A DNA stretch of 45,493 nucleotides, from positions 18,893 through 64,385 of the forward strand of contig PKYG01000091.1 in assembly GCA_003132585.1 (NCBI GenBank), given 5' to 3'. Of this stretch, positions 26,888 to 34,828 are shown piece by piece (position 1 is the stretch's first letter; each line of letters opens with the position of its first letter). Source of the stretch: Actinomycetota bacterium (GTDB taxonomy: Bacteria; Actinomycetota; Thermoleophilia; UBA2241). The position numbers and the translations under genes are program-made. The notes beneath the pieces are model-generated. The model was given only the letters and a program-made list of their open reading frames with translations, did no database searches and was not told the DNA's origin.

Positions 26888-27937
26888 CTATCGCGGCCGC
26901 CAGGCGGGGTCGACAGCATTGTCGATGCCCGGGACCGCGGAGAGGCCGGAGCCGTCGGCGTTCACGATGTAGAGGCGAGAGCCTCCTCCGTCTGCGTGCC
27001 CGGTCCAGCTGCTGCTCGCTAAGGCCAGCGCTTGCCCGTCCGGCGTCCACGCAGGAGCGGCGTTGGGGGCATCTGGGATGAAGTCCGAAACTGGCTCCAG
27101 AAGTGCCACTGGGCTCCCGCCGCCATGGGCGGCAACCACCGCGACACGGTCACTGTTGTTGTAGTGGACGGCGATCCTCTTGCCGTCTGGCGAGAGCGCG
27201 AACTCGACGATGTTCTCGCCCTTCGTCAGCTGGACAAGTCCGCTCCCGTCGGGGTTCACCGCAAACACCTGGCCCTGCCGAAGGAGGAGGATCTTGCCGT
27301 TGGGCGCCCAGGCGGGGAACAAGTCGTTGACCGCCGCACCAGGCGTCCCCCCAGCAGGCGGGCGCGTCGCGCGCCTAAGACCGCTGCCGTCGGCGTTCAT
27401 GACGAAGATGCAGTACCCGTCTGGCAGGGGATTCACGAAAGCGATCTGCTTGCCGTCCGGCGACCACGACGGGTATATGCCTCTGACCGCACCCTTCGTC
27501 AACTGTGCCTTCCCGGAGCCGTCCGCGTTCATGATCCACACGCTCGCGTCTTCGACTCCAGACCATCCTCGAGGGTAGCCGCCGTAGACGATCCTGCGCC
27601 CGTCCGGCGACCAGGCGGGGCGCTCCTCGACGCCGGGGTCGTCGGTCAGCCGCTCGAGGCCTGTGCCGTCGGCGTTGACGACGTAGATGTCGGCGTTGCC
27701 GCCGATCCCAGGTTCTACCAATCTCGTGAACGCGATGGTACCGGCGACGGTCGGCGTGGGCAGAGGAGTCGCGCTCTGAGACGGCTCTGCCGAGGGCGAA
27801 GCCATCAGGCTCGGCGAGTTCGATGCCGTGGTGCTCGTGCCCCCGCACGACGCGAGTGCGAGCGCCGCAATCGCGACGAGCAACGACAGTGCGACGTTGA
27901 TGGCTACGCATGGTGGTGACTCTCCTAGCCTCTTCAT
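26888..27937 (-). CDS. TolB/PD40-like beta-propeller lipoprotein, paralogue 2
   Basis: LALASCGG, PAWSPDGRRI, IYVVNADGTG, DPAWRPR. Confidence 0.88.
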   Translation of the reverse strand: MKRLGESPPCVAINVALSLLVAIAALALASCGGTSTTASNSPSLMASPSAEPSQSATPLPTPTVAGTIAFTRLVEPGIGGNADIYVVNADGTGLERLTDDPGVEERPAWSPDGRRIVYGGYPRGWSGVEDASVWIMNADGSGKAQLTKGAVRGIYPSWSPDGKQIAFVNPLPDGYCIFVMNADGSGLRRATRPPAGGTPGAAVNDLFPAWAPNGKILLLRQGQVFAVNPDGSGLVQLTKGENIVEFALSPDGKRIAVHYNNSDRVAVVAAHGGGSPVALLEPVSDFIPDAPNAAPAWTPDGQALALASSSWTGHADGGGSRLYIVNADGSGLSAVPGIDNAVDPAWRPR

Positions 27938-27987
27938 GACCCGCCCCTTCCCCTTTGGCCCCTTGGCTCCTAAGAGGTCGGTCCCCA

Positions 27988-28085
27988 GAAAGCACGAAGA
28001 CCGGCCGACGGGCCGGTCTCACTAGTGGCTCCCCGCCGGACTGCGGTGGCCGCAGCGGTACGTCCGGCGGATCACAGCCTCCCGT
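27988..28085 (-). promoter_or_regulatory. c-di-GMP-II-type riboswitch with overlapping terminator (copy A)
   Basis: ACGGGAGGCTGTGATCCGCCGGA...GCGGCCAC...TCCGGCGGGGAGCCACTAGTGAGACCGGCCCGT: P1, kink-turn GA motifs, CAC/GTG pseudoknot; hairpin AGACCGGCC/GGCCGGTCT + TCGTGCTTTCT. Confidence 0.78.
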
Positions 28086-28152
28086 GTGCAGTGCTGCACC
28101 TATCAGGAGTCTCGTACGACGATTGTATATCCCGACGCGGTGACGAGGTCAA
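28086..28152 (-). promoter_or_regulatory. Repeated promoter/leader (copy A)
   Basis: TTGACC-N17-TATACA then TACGAGACTCCTGATAGGTGCAGC. Confidence 0.65.
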
Positions 28153-28192
28153 GCGTACGGGGATCGCGGCGATCGACCAGAGCGCGGTGAGC

Positions 28193-28525
28193 TCAGGGCT
28201 GTTCGAAGAGCAGGACTCGGATACATTCGCCCGCAGCGGGTTCCATCCTGTGGGCGTCTGCTTCACCGGCGAGGATTATGCCGGTGTCGCCCGGCCGCAA
28301 GCGGATGGCTCTCCCTCCGTCCCTGAACCGAAGGGTGGACTCACCGGCGAGCACGTGGAGGAGGTGCCCCTGCGTGCACCAGCTGTCCCTCACGTATCCT
28401 TCCGCGAACTCGATCAGATCCACCTCCTGACCGTCGCGCACGCAGGTCTTGCTGCGAAAACCCTTTTGGGGCTCGCCCTCGACCTCGTCCCAAGGCATGT
28501 TCTCCCAATCGATCATGACGTCCAT
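28193..28525 (-). CDS. Cupin-domain protein
   Basis: IDWENMPW, WCTQGHLLHVLAGE, LRPGD, AHRM. Confidence 0.8.
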   Translation of the reverse strand: MDVMIDWENMPWDEVEGEPQKGFRSKTCVRDGQEVDLIEFAEGYVRDSWCTQGHLLHVLAGESTLRFRDGGRAIRLRPGDTGIILAGEADAHRMEPAAGECIRVLLFEQP

Positions 28526-28560
28526 GGTTCCCTCCTCGTATCCTCAGCTTCCTCTGGCAG

Positions 28561-28635
28561 TCCCGTCGCCGCGCTGCACCTGTCAGGAGTCTCGTATGGT
28601 GGCGGTGTACCCCCGTGCAGTGATGGGTTCAAGCG
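28561..28635 (-). repeat. Third copy of the promoter/leader, lacking the riboswitch aptamer
   Basis: TTGAAC...TACGAGACTCCTGACAGGTGCAGCGC...ACGGGA, then diverges into the cupin RBS. Confidence 0.65.
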
Positions 28636-28682
28636 TTTGGGGCGCGCGGTCCGCTGGCTGAACCCGCGGCCGGCCGTCGGAG

Positions 28683-28967
28683 TCAGAGCTCCTTGGTCTC
28701 CACCGTCTCGACGATCCGCGCTTGCGGCTCCACGATCACCGTCCCCTCCACCCGACTCCACACCTGGCGCATCGCGGCGAGAAGTGCCTCGGCCTCGCTC
28801 TGAGTGTCGAACTCGAGGTCGATCATGACGTAGTTGGGATCGTCGATCGATCGCAAGACCTGGTAACGACGCACGCCCGACTTTTTCCGATCGACAGGGT
28901 CGCTGTCGAAGGCCCTCTTCCAGCCGTCGAAGTTGGGGACTGAGTGTTCGATTCGCAGAATTGGCAT
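28683..28967 (-). CDS. Dimeric alpha/beta-barrel (ABM-like) protein
   Basis: HSVPNFDGWKRAFDSDP..RKKSGVRRYQVLRSIDDPNYVMIDLEF. Confidence 0.8.
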   Translation of the reverse strand: MPILRIEHSVPNFDGWKRAFDSDPVDRKKSGVRRYQVLRSIDDPNYVMIDLEFDTQSEAEALLAAMRQVWSRVEGTVIVEPQARIVETVETKEL

Positions 28968-29117
28968 GTCATCTCTCCCCTGCTTGGCATCGTCGACCAG
29001 CAGGCGCTCTCAGTGGCAAGGTACGCCGCGGCAATCGCGCGGATTCGGAAGGCAAAGTGCGCCGAGGGCGCAGTTCACACCGCGCCCTCGGCGCACTCGA
29101 TCAAGCTGTCGGCCTGG

Positions 29118-29417
29118 TCAGGCGGCCACGCGGCTTGCGTACGTGCGGGTTTCGCCATCGCGCACCCACGTCGCCACGGGTGGTGTCTCCACGCCGGCAC
29201 GCTTCATGATCGCCGCGAGCTCCGGATCCGTGCGCAGGGAGTCCCCGGCCTCGCGGGACGGGAAGCGCAGATGGACGGTCAGGTCATTGCCGTCTTCGTC
29301 GCCGCGGAAGATCTCGTGACCGGTGCAGCCATGCTTCGCGCGCAGCGGCTCGCCGTCGTCGAAGACCGACTTCCACGTGTCGTAGTCACGTACTCTCTCT
29401 CGCATGATGAGGATCAT
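29118..29417 (-). CDS. Dimeric alpha/beta-barrel (ABM-like) protein
   Basis: VRDYDTWKSVFD..RAKHG...IFRGDEDGND...MKRAGV..PP. Confidence 0.8.
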   Translation of the reverse strand: MILIMRERVRDYDTWKSVFDDGEPLRAKHGCTGHEIFRGDEDGNDLTVHLRFPSREAGDSLRTDPELAAIMKRAGVETPPVATWVRDGETRTYASRVAA

Positions 29418-29546
29418 GATCGCCTCTCGAAGGGAGCGGGGGCGCCGCTCCTGTCCAGAGTCGCACGCTTGCCCACAATAGTGTGTCGTACCGCACTATT
29501 GCCGACCACTAACGCGTTGCGTGGCGGGGACGACTGAGGGGTTGGC

Positions 29547-29588
29547 TGGTGGACCGCGGTGGAGCCGCGCCCCCAACCTCCGCCGTGC
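29547..29588 (-). repeat. Degenerate duplicate of tRNA-Ala 3' half (att-like scar)
   Basis: 35/42 identical by manual alignment to 32291-32332, from the CCA end to the anticodon loop. Confidence 0.8.
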
Positions 29589-29645
29589 TGACGCGGGCCT
29601 GTCGCGTCCCCGCGTGCCGAGAGCCTAACGCGCTGGCCGGAAGCC

Positions 29646-30689
29646 CTACCGCGGCCGCCAGGCGGGGTCCTCCGCGTTGTCGATGCCCGGAACCGCGGAG
29701 AGGCCGGAGCCGTCGGCGTTCACGATGTAGAGGCGAGAGCCATAGAATCCAAGGTAGTCGCTGCTCGCCACCGCCAGCGCGTGTCCATCCAGCGTCCACG
29801 CAGGAGCAGCTTTGGGGTCGTTTGGGATGAAGTCCGACACCGGGTCGAGGAGCGTCACCGGAGTGCCGCCGCCATGCGCCGGAACCACCGCGACACGGTC
29901 ACTGTTGTTGTAGTGAACGGCGATCCTCTTGCCGTCCGGCGAGAGCGCGAACCATATAATGTTCTCGCCCTTCGTCAGCTGGACAAGTCCGCTCCCGTCG
30001 GGGTTCACCGCGAACACCTGGCCAAGCCGAAGAAGGAGGATCTTGCCGTTCGGCGCCCAGGTGGGCGAGTTCTCGTCGGCCTGCGTACCAGGCGATGTCC
30101 CGGCAGCCGGGCGCGTCACGCGCTTAAGACCGCTGCCGTCGGCGTTGATCACGAAGGTGGCGAACCGTTCTGGCAGCAAGAGCCTTATGAAGGCGATCTG
30201 TTTGCCGTCGGGCGACCACGTCGGCCAGGCGCCTCTGCCCGACCCCTTGGTCAGCTTGACCTTCCCGGAGCCGTCCGCGTTCATGACCCAGACGGTCGCG
30301 TCTTCGATGTCATCGCTTCCTTCGGCAATGACGTCGTAGACGATCCTGCTCCCGTCCGGGGACCAGGAGGGGTGGTCCTCCCAGCCGGGAGCTTCGGCCA
30401 AGGCTTTGAGACCCGTGCCGTCGGCGTTGACGACGTAGATGTCGCCGTTGCCGCCCTCGCCTGGTCTTACTACTCTCTCGAACGCGATCGTGCCGGCGAC
30501 GGTCGGTGTCGGCAGGGGAGTCGCACTCGGAGACGGCTCGGCCGAGGGTGAGGTCATCGCGCTCGGCGAGGTCGATGCCGCGGTGCTCGCGCCGCCGCAC
30601 GACGCGAGCGCGAGCACCGCGATCGCGACGAGCAGCGGTAGCAGCAACGCGACCGATGCAGGTGATCTGGATCCCCACGGCGTCTTCAT
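29646..30689 (-). CDS. TolB/PD40-like beta-propeller lipoprotein, paralogue 3
   Basis: LALASCGG, PSWSPDGSRI, PTWSPDGKQI, DPAWRPR. Confidence 0.88.
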   Translation of the reverse strand: MKTPWGSRSPASVALLLPLLVAIAVLALASCGGASTAASTSPSAMTSPSAEPSPSATPLPTPTVAGTIAFERVVRPGEGGNGDIYVVNADGTGLKALAEAPGWEDHPSWSPDGSRIVYDVIAEGSDDIEDATVWVMNADGSGKVKLTKGSGRGAWPTWSPDGKQIAFIRLLLPERFATFVINADGSGLKRVTRPAAGTSPGTQADENSPTWAPNGKILLLRLGQVFAVNPDGSGLVQLTKGENIIWFALSPDGKRIAVHYNNSDRVAVVPAHGGGTPVTLLDPVSDFIPNDPKAAPAWTLDGHALAVASSDYLGFYGSRLYIVNADGSGLSAVPGIDNAEDPAWRPR

Positions 30690-30796
30690 GACTCTCCCCC
30701 TCCACTTGGCCGTTTGGCTCTTGAGCGGCCCGGACCCCGCCGGTGTCCGGGCCGCTCGCGTGTGCTCGTGAAGTCAGTCTGTGATGCTCAGCGACG

Positions 30797-31375
30797 TCAA
30801 CGCACGGCGCGCATCGCCGCTTGCCGGCAGCCGCTGCCGATTGCCTCATGGTGAGGCAATCGACACCCATCGGATCCCTTCCAGCGGATCATCCCAGCGT
30901 ACGTCGCACTGCTGTCGAAGCCGGAGCTGACCCATGTGCCGCTCCCGCTCACGTGCTTCAGCGCCTTCGTCCCGGAAAGGATGACCCAGGTCCCGGTCAT
31001 CACCGTACTGTTCGCCGCCTCGCGAATGGTGAAGAACATCGTCATGTGGCCGTTCTTGCCACCAACCTTGCCCTTGAACGTAGCCGTGAGCGTGCCCCAG
31101 GCGGCGCCCCACTCCGGACCCTCCAAGGGTGGCGCGAACGTCATCTCGAAGACGTCGTACGAGCTGCCTGCGAACGTGCCCGTCCACGTGCCGTATTCGT
31201 CACCGTCGACCAACATGTCCCCGTTGTCCAGCGTCGTTATCGTGGCGCTGTTGTTGACCCACGACCAGTTGCCCGACACGTGGGTCGTGGTGCAGGGCGG
31301 CGCCGCCAGAGCGGCAGGTGCGACGGCCATGGCCAGCACCAACACGATCCCTGCGATGATCAATCTCGCTTTCAT
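30797..31375 (-). CDS. Secreted beta-barrel protein (DUF3224/allene-oxide-cyclase-like)
   Basis: Signal peptide MKARLII...ALA; GTWTGTFAG, GTWVILSGTKALKHVSGSG; RBS GAGGAGGG. Confidence 0.65.
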   Translation of the reverse strand: MKARLIIAGIVLVLAMAVAPAALAAPPCTTTHVSGNWSWVNNSATITTLDNGDMLVDGDEYGTWTGTFAGSSYDVFEMTFAPPLEGPEWGAAWGTLTATFKGKVGGKNGHMTMFFTIREAANSTVMTGTWVILSGTKALKHVSGSGTWVSSGFDSSATYAGMIRWKGSDGCRLPHHEAIGSGCRQAAMRAVR

Positions 31376-31591
31376 CAGAGTCCCCTCCTCGTTACCTCGG
31401 TTTCCGTTGTCCGTGCCCGCGTCTCTCGTGCATAGGCCCTCCTTCTGCTCTCCGCCGATGTCGTGGCGACCGCGGACCATCGCTCCGACCCGCGACGCAG
31501 CCCCGTTGCCGGGCGCCGCGCTGGGCAGCGCACGGCGAGGACGTCCGCGGCGGCACGAGGCGCGCAGCCGCGGTCGTCCTCTTTGGAGGGA

Positions 31592-31897
31592 TCAGATCAG
31601 CAGGCAGAGGCCGCCGGGAACGGCGGCGAGCAGGCCCGGGGCGCTGAGGCGCAGCCGGGCGGGAAGCGTGGCGGGACGCCGGGAGGCGTCGCCGGCGGGT
31701 ACTGCGCGGGAGACCTCGTCACGTGCGCAGGAGAAGCCGTCGGCCCGGCAGAGCGAGACGCTGAGGTCGCCGTCTTCGTCGAAGGCACAGACGAGACCGA
31801 AGAGCACGGCGAGGACGACGCAGCACAGAACGAGCGTCCACTCAAGGCGCGTGCCCGAAGCGACGCCGAGACAGCCGGTGGAATACCGAGGTGTCAA
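31592..31897 (-). CDS. Small hypothetical membrane/leader protein directly after the riboswitch
   Basis: TTG after GAAGGAG; one TM with Cys residues; ends ...LCLLI. Confidence 0.35.
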   Translation of the reverse strand: MTPRYSTGCLGVASGTRLEWTLVLCCVVLAVLFGLVCAFDEDGDLSVSLCRADGFSCARDEVSRAVPAGDASRRPATLPARLRLSAPGLLAAVPGGLCLLI

Positions 31898-31969
31898 CGT
31901 CGCCCTCGTTTCTCCTTCACGGCCCGACTCCTCCTCGTCGGCACCTGCTCCCCCGAGGGGTCGGTCCCC

Positions 31970-32067
31970 AGAAAGCACGAAGACCGGCCCGCGGGCCGGT
32001 CTCACCAATGGCTCCCCGCCGGATGATGGTGGCCGCGACGTGCCTCCGGCGGATCAGAGCTTCCCGT
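31970..32067 (-). promoter_or_regulatory. c-di-GMP-II-type riboswitch with overlapping terminator (copy B)
   Basis: ACGGGAAGCTCTGATCCGCCGGA...GCGGCCACC...TCCGGCGGGGAGCCATTGGTGAGACCGGCCCGC + GGGCCGGTCTTCGTGCTTTCT. Confidence 0.78.
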
Positions 32068-32134
32068 ATAGAGCGCTGCTCGTATCAAGAGTCTCGTACT
32101 TTGATGGTCTATACCTACGCAGTGACAGCGTCAA
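32068..32134 (-). promoter_or_regulatory. Repeated promoter/leader (copy B)
   Basis: TTGACG-N17-TAGACC then TACGAGACTCTTGATACGAGCAGC. Confidence 0.65.
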
Positions 32135-32290
32135 GCATTCTCACTCGGTGCCGCGGCGCTAAGCCGCAGAAGACGAACGAGACGGACTCGGCGCGGGATT
32201 CGGTGCGTTGCCGCGAGGCCCGACAAGCCTCTGTCGACGCCGCCGAGCAGCATGCTGCCGCCCGCGAAACACGCTTTCCCTGCAAATGGT

Positions 32291-32366
32291 TGGTGGACCG
32301 CAGGGGAGTCGAACCCCTGACCTCCGCCGTGCAAAGGCGGCGCTCTCCCATCTGAGCTAGCGGCCC
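32291..32366 (-). tRNA. tRNA-Ala(TGC)
   Basis: GGGCCGCTAGCTCAGATGGGAGAGCGCCGCCTTTGCACGGCGGAGGTCAGGGGTTCGACTCCCCTGCGGTCCACCA; G3:U70, encoded CCA. Confidence 0.97.
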
Positions 32367-32459
32367 ACAGGGGCACAGTATAGCGCGGTGGGGTTTCCAT
32401 GGTCAGCATAGAGGAAAACAAGCCGGTGACGCCGCCCCGGGAAGAGGGCCGACAGGCGC

Positions 32460-32777
32460 ATGGGCGCGGCACTGGCATTCGCGAAGCAGCCGTCGCCCGC
32501 CGGCGGCAGCGGGACGTCGACCGTACTCAACACGATAGCGCCGAAGACGGTCGCCGGGTCGCTTGGGGCGCTGTCCGGAAGTCGCGCCGAAGAGGGCCGC
32601 GACATGGCTCCCCAGACGACGGCCGGCAGGCTCGCCGAGAGTCACGAGCCGCAGCCTTTGGGCGCAACGACATCGGCAGCGACAGGCACCGCGTCGACGG
32701 GCCTCCCGCGCGAGGAGACGACCGAGACCCCGCCGAGGAACCCGGTCGCGGCGCTGACAGAGCGCAACGAACCCTGA
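32460..32777 (+). other. Low-complexity ORF or structured non-coding RNA (unresolved)
   Basis: 105-aa A/T/G/P-rich ORF without motifs; flanks show long-range complementarity. Confidence 0.3.
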
Positions 32778-32794
32778 TCCGGGGAGATGACCAT

Positions 32795-32838
32795 GCACGA
32801 GGCGGGGGGGCCGCGATCGCGGCCCCCCCGCCTCGTGC
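32795..32838. terminator. Perfect 44-bp palindrome, probable terminator hairpin
   Basis: GCACGAGGCGGGGGGGCCGCGA|TCGCGGCCCCCCCGCCTCGTGC; no U-tract. Confidence 0.65.
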
Positions 32839-32928
32839 TGCTACACTGGCCGATTAGGAGTGACTCGCCGGCGGGCGTGAAGTCGGGCGCCACGACCGGC
32901 CGGGCGGCGGCCACTGAGCAGAGGCGAC

Positions 32929-34110
32929 ATGGGCGACGACCAGATCGGCGGACGCGGCGCTGGCGCAGCGCCCGAGCGCGGCACAGGCGCGGCACCGCCG
33001 CGCCAGCAGAAACGGCACCGCGCATTCATCATCGCCCTGCTGGTTGGCGTGCTCCTGATCGCCGTGTTCCTGCTGATCGATGCCGTCCGCCAGCATCCGC
33101 ATCTCGACCGCCCCGGCAAGCCGCCGTTGGGCTACCTGCGCAAGCCGCTCGGCGGGCGCACGTACCGTGTGAGTGCGTGGACGCTGGGCGACACACACTC
33201 ACTCCAAGTTGCGACCGCCGCCAACGCCGTCGACGAGATCGACTTCGACTGGTACCAGTCGCGGCGCGACGGCAGCGTCGCCGCGCACAACGAGAACCTC
33301 GACCTCGTCGCCGCCGCCCGCGATCACAACCTCAATATCTTCGCCACGGTGACCAACTATGCCGGCGGCAAGGCCGGCTTCGATCAGAGTGCAGCGGCGG
33401 CGATCCTCGCTTCGCCCGACAGCCGCCGCCTCCACATCGACAACCTCGTCGCCCTGGTCATCAACAAGGGCTACGACGGCATCGACCTCGACTGGGAGAG
33501 CCTCAGGGCGAGCGATCGCGAGCTCTTCGCAACGTTTGTCACCGAGCTCGCCGCGGCGCTGCACGCCAAGCATCGATTCCTCTCGATCGCCGTCTTCCCG
33601 AAGACGTCCGAGCCCGGCCCTTGGGACAATCAGATCTCCCAGGACTACGCGCGTCTTGGCGCAGCCGTCGACGAGTTCAAGATCATGACCTACAACTACA
33701 GCGGCTCGTGGAGCGCCCCCGGGCCGCAGGCGCCGGCGGCCTGGATCAACGCCGTGCTCACCTTCGCCGAGAGCAAGGTGCCGCCGGCCAAGATCAGCAT
33801 GGGCGTGCCGTTCTACGGCTACGACTGGCACAGCGGCTCTACGTCCACGTTCCTCGCCCGTGACGCCGTCGCGGCGGCGGCCAAGTACAACCTCGAAGTC
33901 GCCCGCGAGCCGGCGTCAAACGAGGCGAAGCTGAGCTTCACCGACACCGGCGGCACCAGCCACGTCGCCATCTACCAGGACGCGGCGGCGATCTCCACCA
34001 AGCTCCGCCTGCTCGCCGACAAGCACCCACACATCGCCGGCATCGCGATCTGGGTGATGAGCCAGGAGGACCCGGGGTTCTGGACGGTGATCGAGCAGAA
34101 GCTGCGCTGA
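32929..34110 (+). CDS. Membrane-anchored glycoside hydrolase family 18
   Basis: N-terminal TM; GYDGIDLDWE catalytic motif, IMTYNY, MGVPFYGYDW, GIAIW. Confidence 0.9.
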   Translation: MGDDQIGGRGAGAAPERGTGAAPPRQQKRHRAFIIALLVGVLLIAVFLLIDAVRQHPHLDRPGKPPLGYLRKPLGGRTYRVSAWTLGDTHSLQVATAANAVDEIDFDWYQSRRDGSVAAHNENLDLVAAARDHNLNIFATVTNYAGGKAGFDQSAAAAILASPDSRRLHIDNLVALVINKGYDGIDLDWESLRASDRELFATFVTELAAALHAKHRFLSIAVFPKTSEPGPWDNQISQDYARLGAAVDEFKIMTYNYSGSWSAPGPQAPAAWINAVLTFAESKVPPAKISMGVPFYGYDWHSGSTSTFLARDAVAAAAKYNLEVAREPASNEAKLSFTDTGGTSHVAIYQDAAAISTKLRLLADKHPHIAGIAIWVMSQEDPGFWTVIEQKLR

Positions 34111-34128
34111 GGACGGCCGGCGGCCATC

Positions 34129-34686
34129 TCAGCCGTCACCGCGCAGCCGCCGCGTCCACGCCACCAGCGCTTCGAGCTGGGCGCGGACCACGGCGCGGGT
34201 CTTCTCGTCCACGAGAGTGCCCTTTTCGTCGAACCGCTCCGTCGCGAAGGAGACCATCACCTCGGGCTTGTTGAGCACAAGCGCCTCGACGAAGACCATC
34301 GACTGGCGCAGATGATACTGCATGCGCGCCGTGCCCATGGCACCGCTCGTGGCGCCCATGATCGCCACCGGCTTGTCTCTGAACGGCTGACCGGCAACCG
34401 GCCGTGACACCCAGTCGATCGCGTTCTTCAACACCCCCGGCATCGAGAAATTGTACTCGGGCGAGATGAACAGCACGGCGTCGGCGGTGGCGATCTGCTC
34501 GCGCAGTCGTTTCACGGGCTCGGGATGACCGTGCTCGACGAGCACGTCCTCGTTGTAGAGGGGGATCGCCGAGATGTCGGCAGCGTCAATCGTCACCGCG
34601 TCGGGAAGAAGGTCTCGCAGGTTCTCATACAGCATTCGGTTGTACGACGCCCGCCGCAGGCTCCCGATGATCGCGAGGATGTGCAC
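34129..34686 (-). CDS. NADPH-dependent FMN reductase (ChrR/SsuE-like)
   Basis: GSLRRASYN, SPEYNFSMPGVLKNAIDWVSR, GTARMQYHLRQ. Confidence 0.92.
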   Translation of the reverse strand: MHILAIIGSLRRASYNRMLYENLRDLLPDAVTIDAADISAIPLYNEDVLVEHGHPEPVKRLREQIATADAVLFISPEYNFSMPGVLKNAIDWVSRPVAGQPFRDKPVAIMGATSGAMGTARMQYHLRQSMVFVEALVLNKPEVMVSFATERFDEKGTLVDEKTRAVVRAQLEALVAWTRRLRGDG

Positions 34687-34828
34687 TATCGCCTCCGTTC
34701 TCCGTGACGCGAACCGCGAGCGCGGTTGACCGCAGCTCCACAGTGCAGTGATACCCGGTGGGAAACGTGGCGGGCGGTGGCGCAGCAAGGCCGTCGCGGG
34801 CGGTGGCGAAGCCGCGTCCGCCCGCCGC

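Noticed and set aside
25777-29645. Minus-strand attC sites after paralogues 1 and 3 (GTTGGGG / GTTAGGC)
   Set aside because: No matching R''/L arms or hairpin; explained as a duplicated 3' tail
25807-30689. Diversity-generating retroelement acting on the propeller paralogues
   Set aside because: No reverse transcriptase or non-coding template repeat; differences are not adenine-specific
1431-32290. Integron integrase, transposase or phage integrase for the accessory region
   Set aside because: No ORF shows tyrosine-recombinase (R..HxxR..Y), serine-recombinase or DDE motifs
32398-32795. RNase P RNA, tmRNA or SRP RNA
   Set aside because: Lacks GAGGAAAGTCC and the matching 3' P4 motif, a tRNA-like CCA end and the SRP core on either strand
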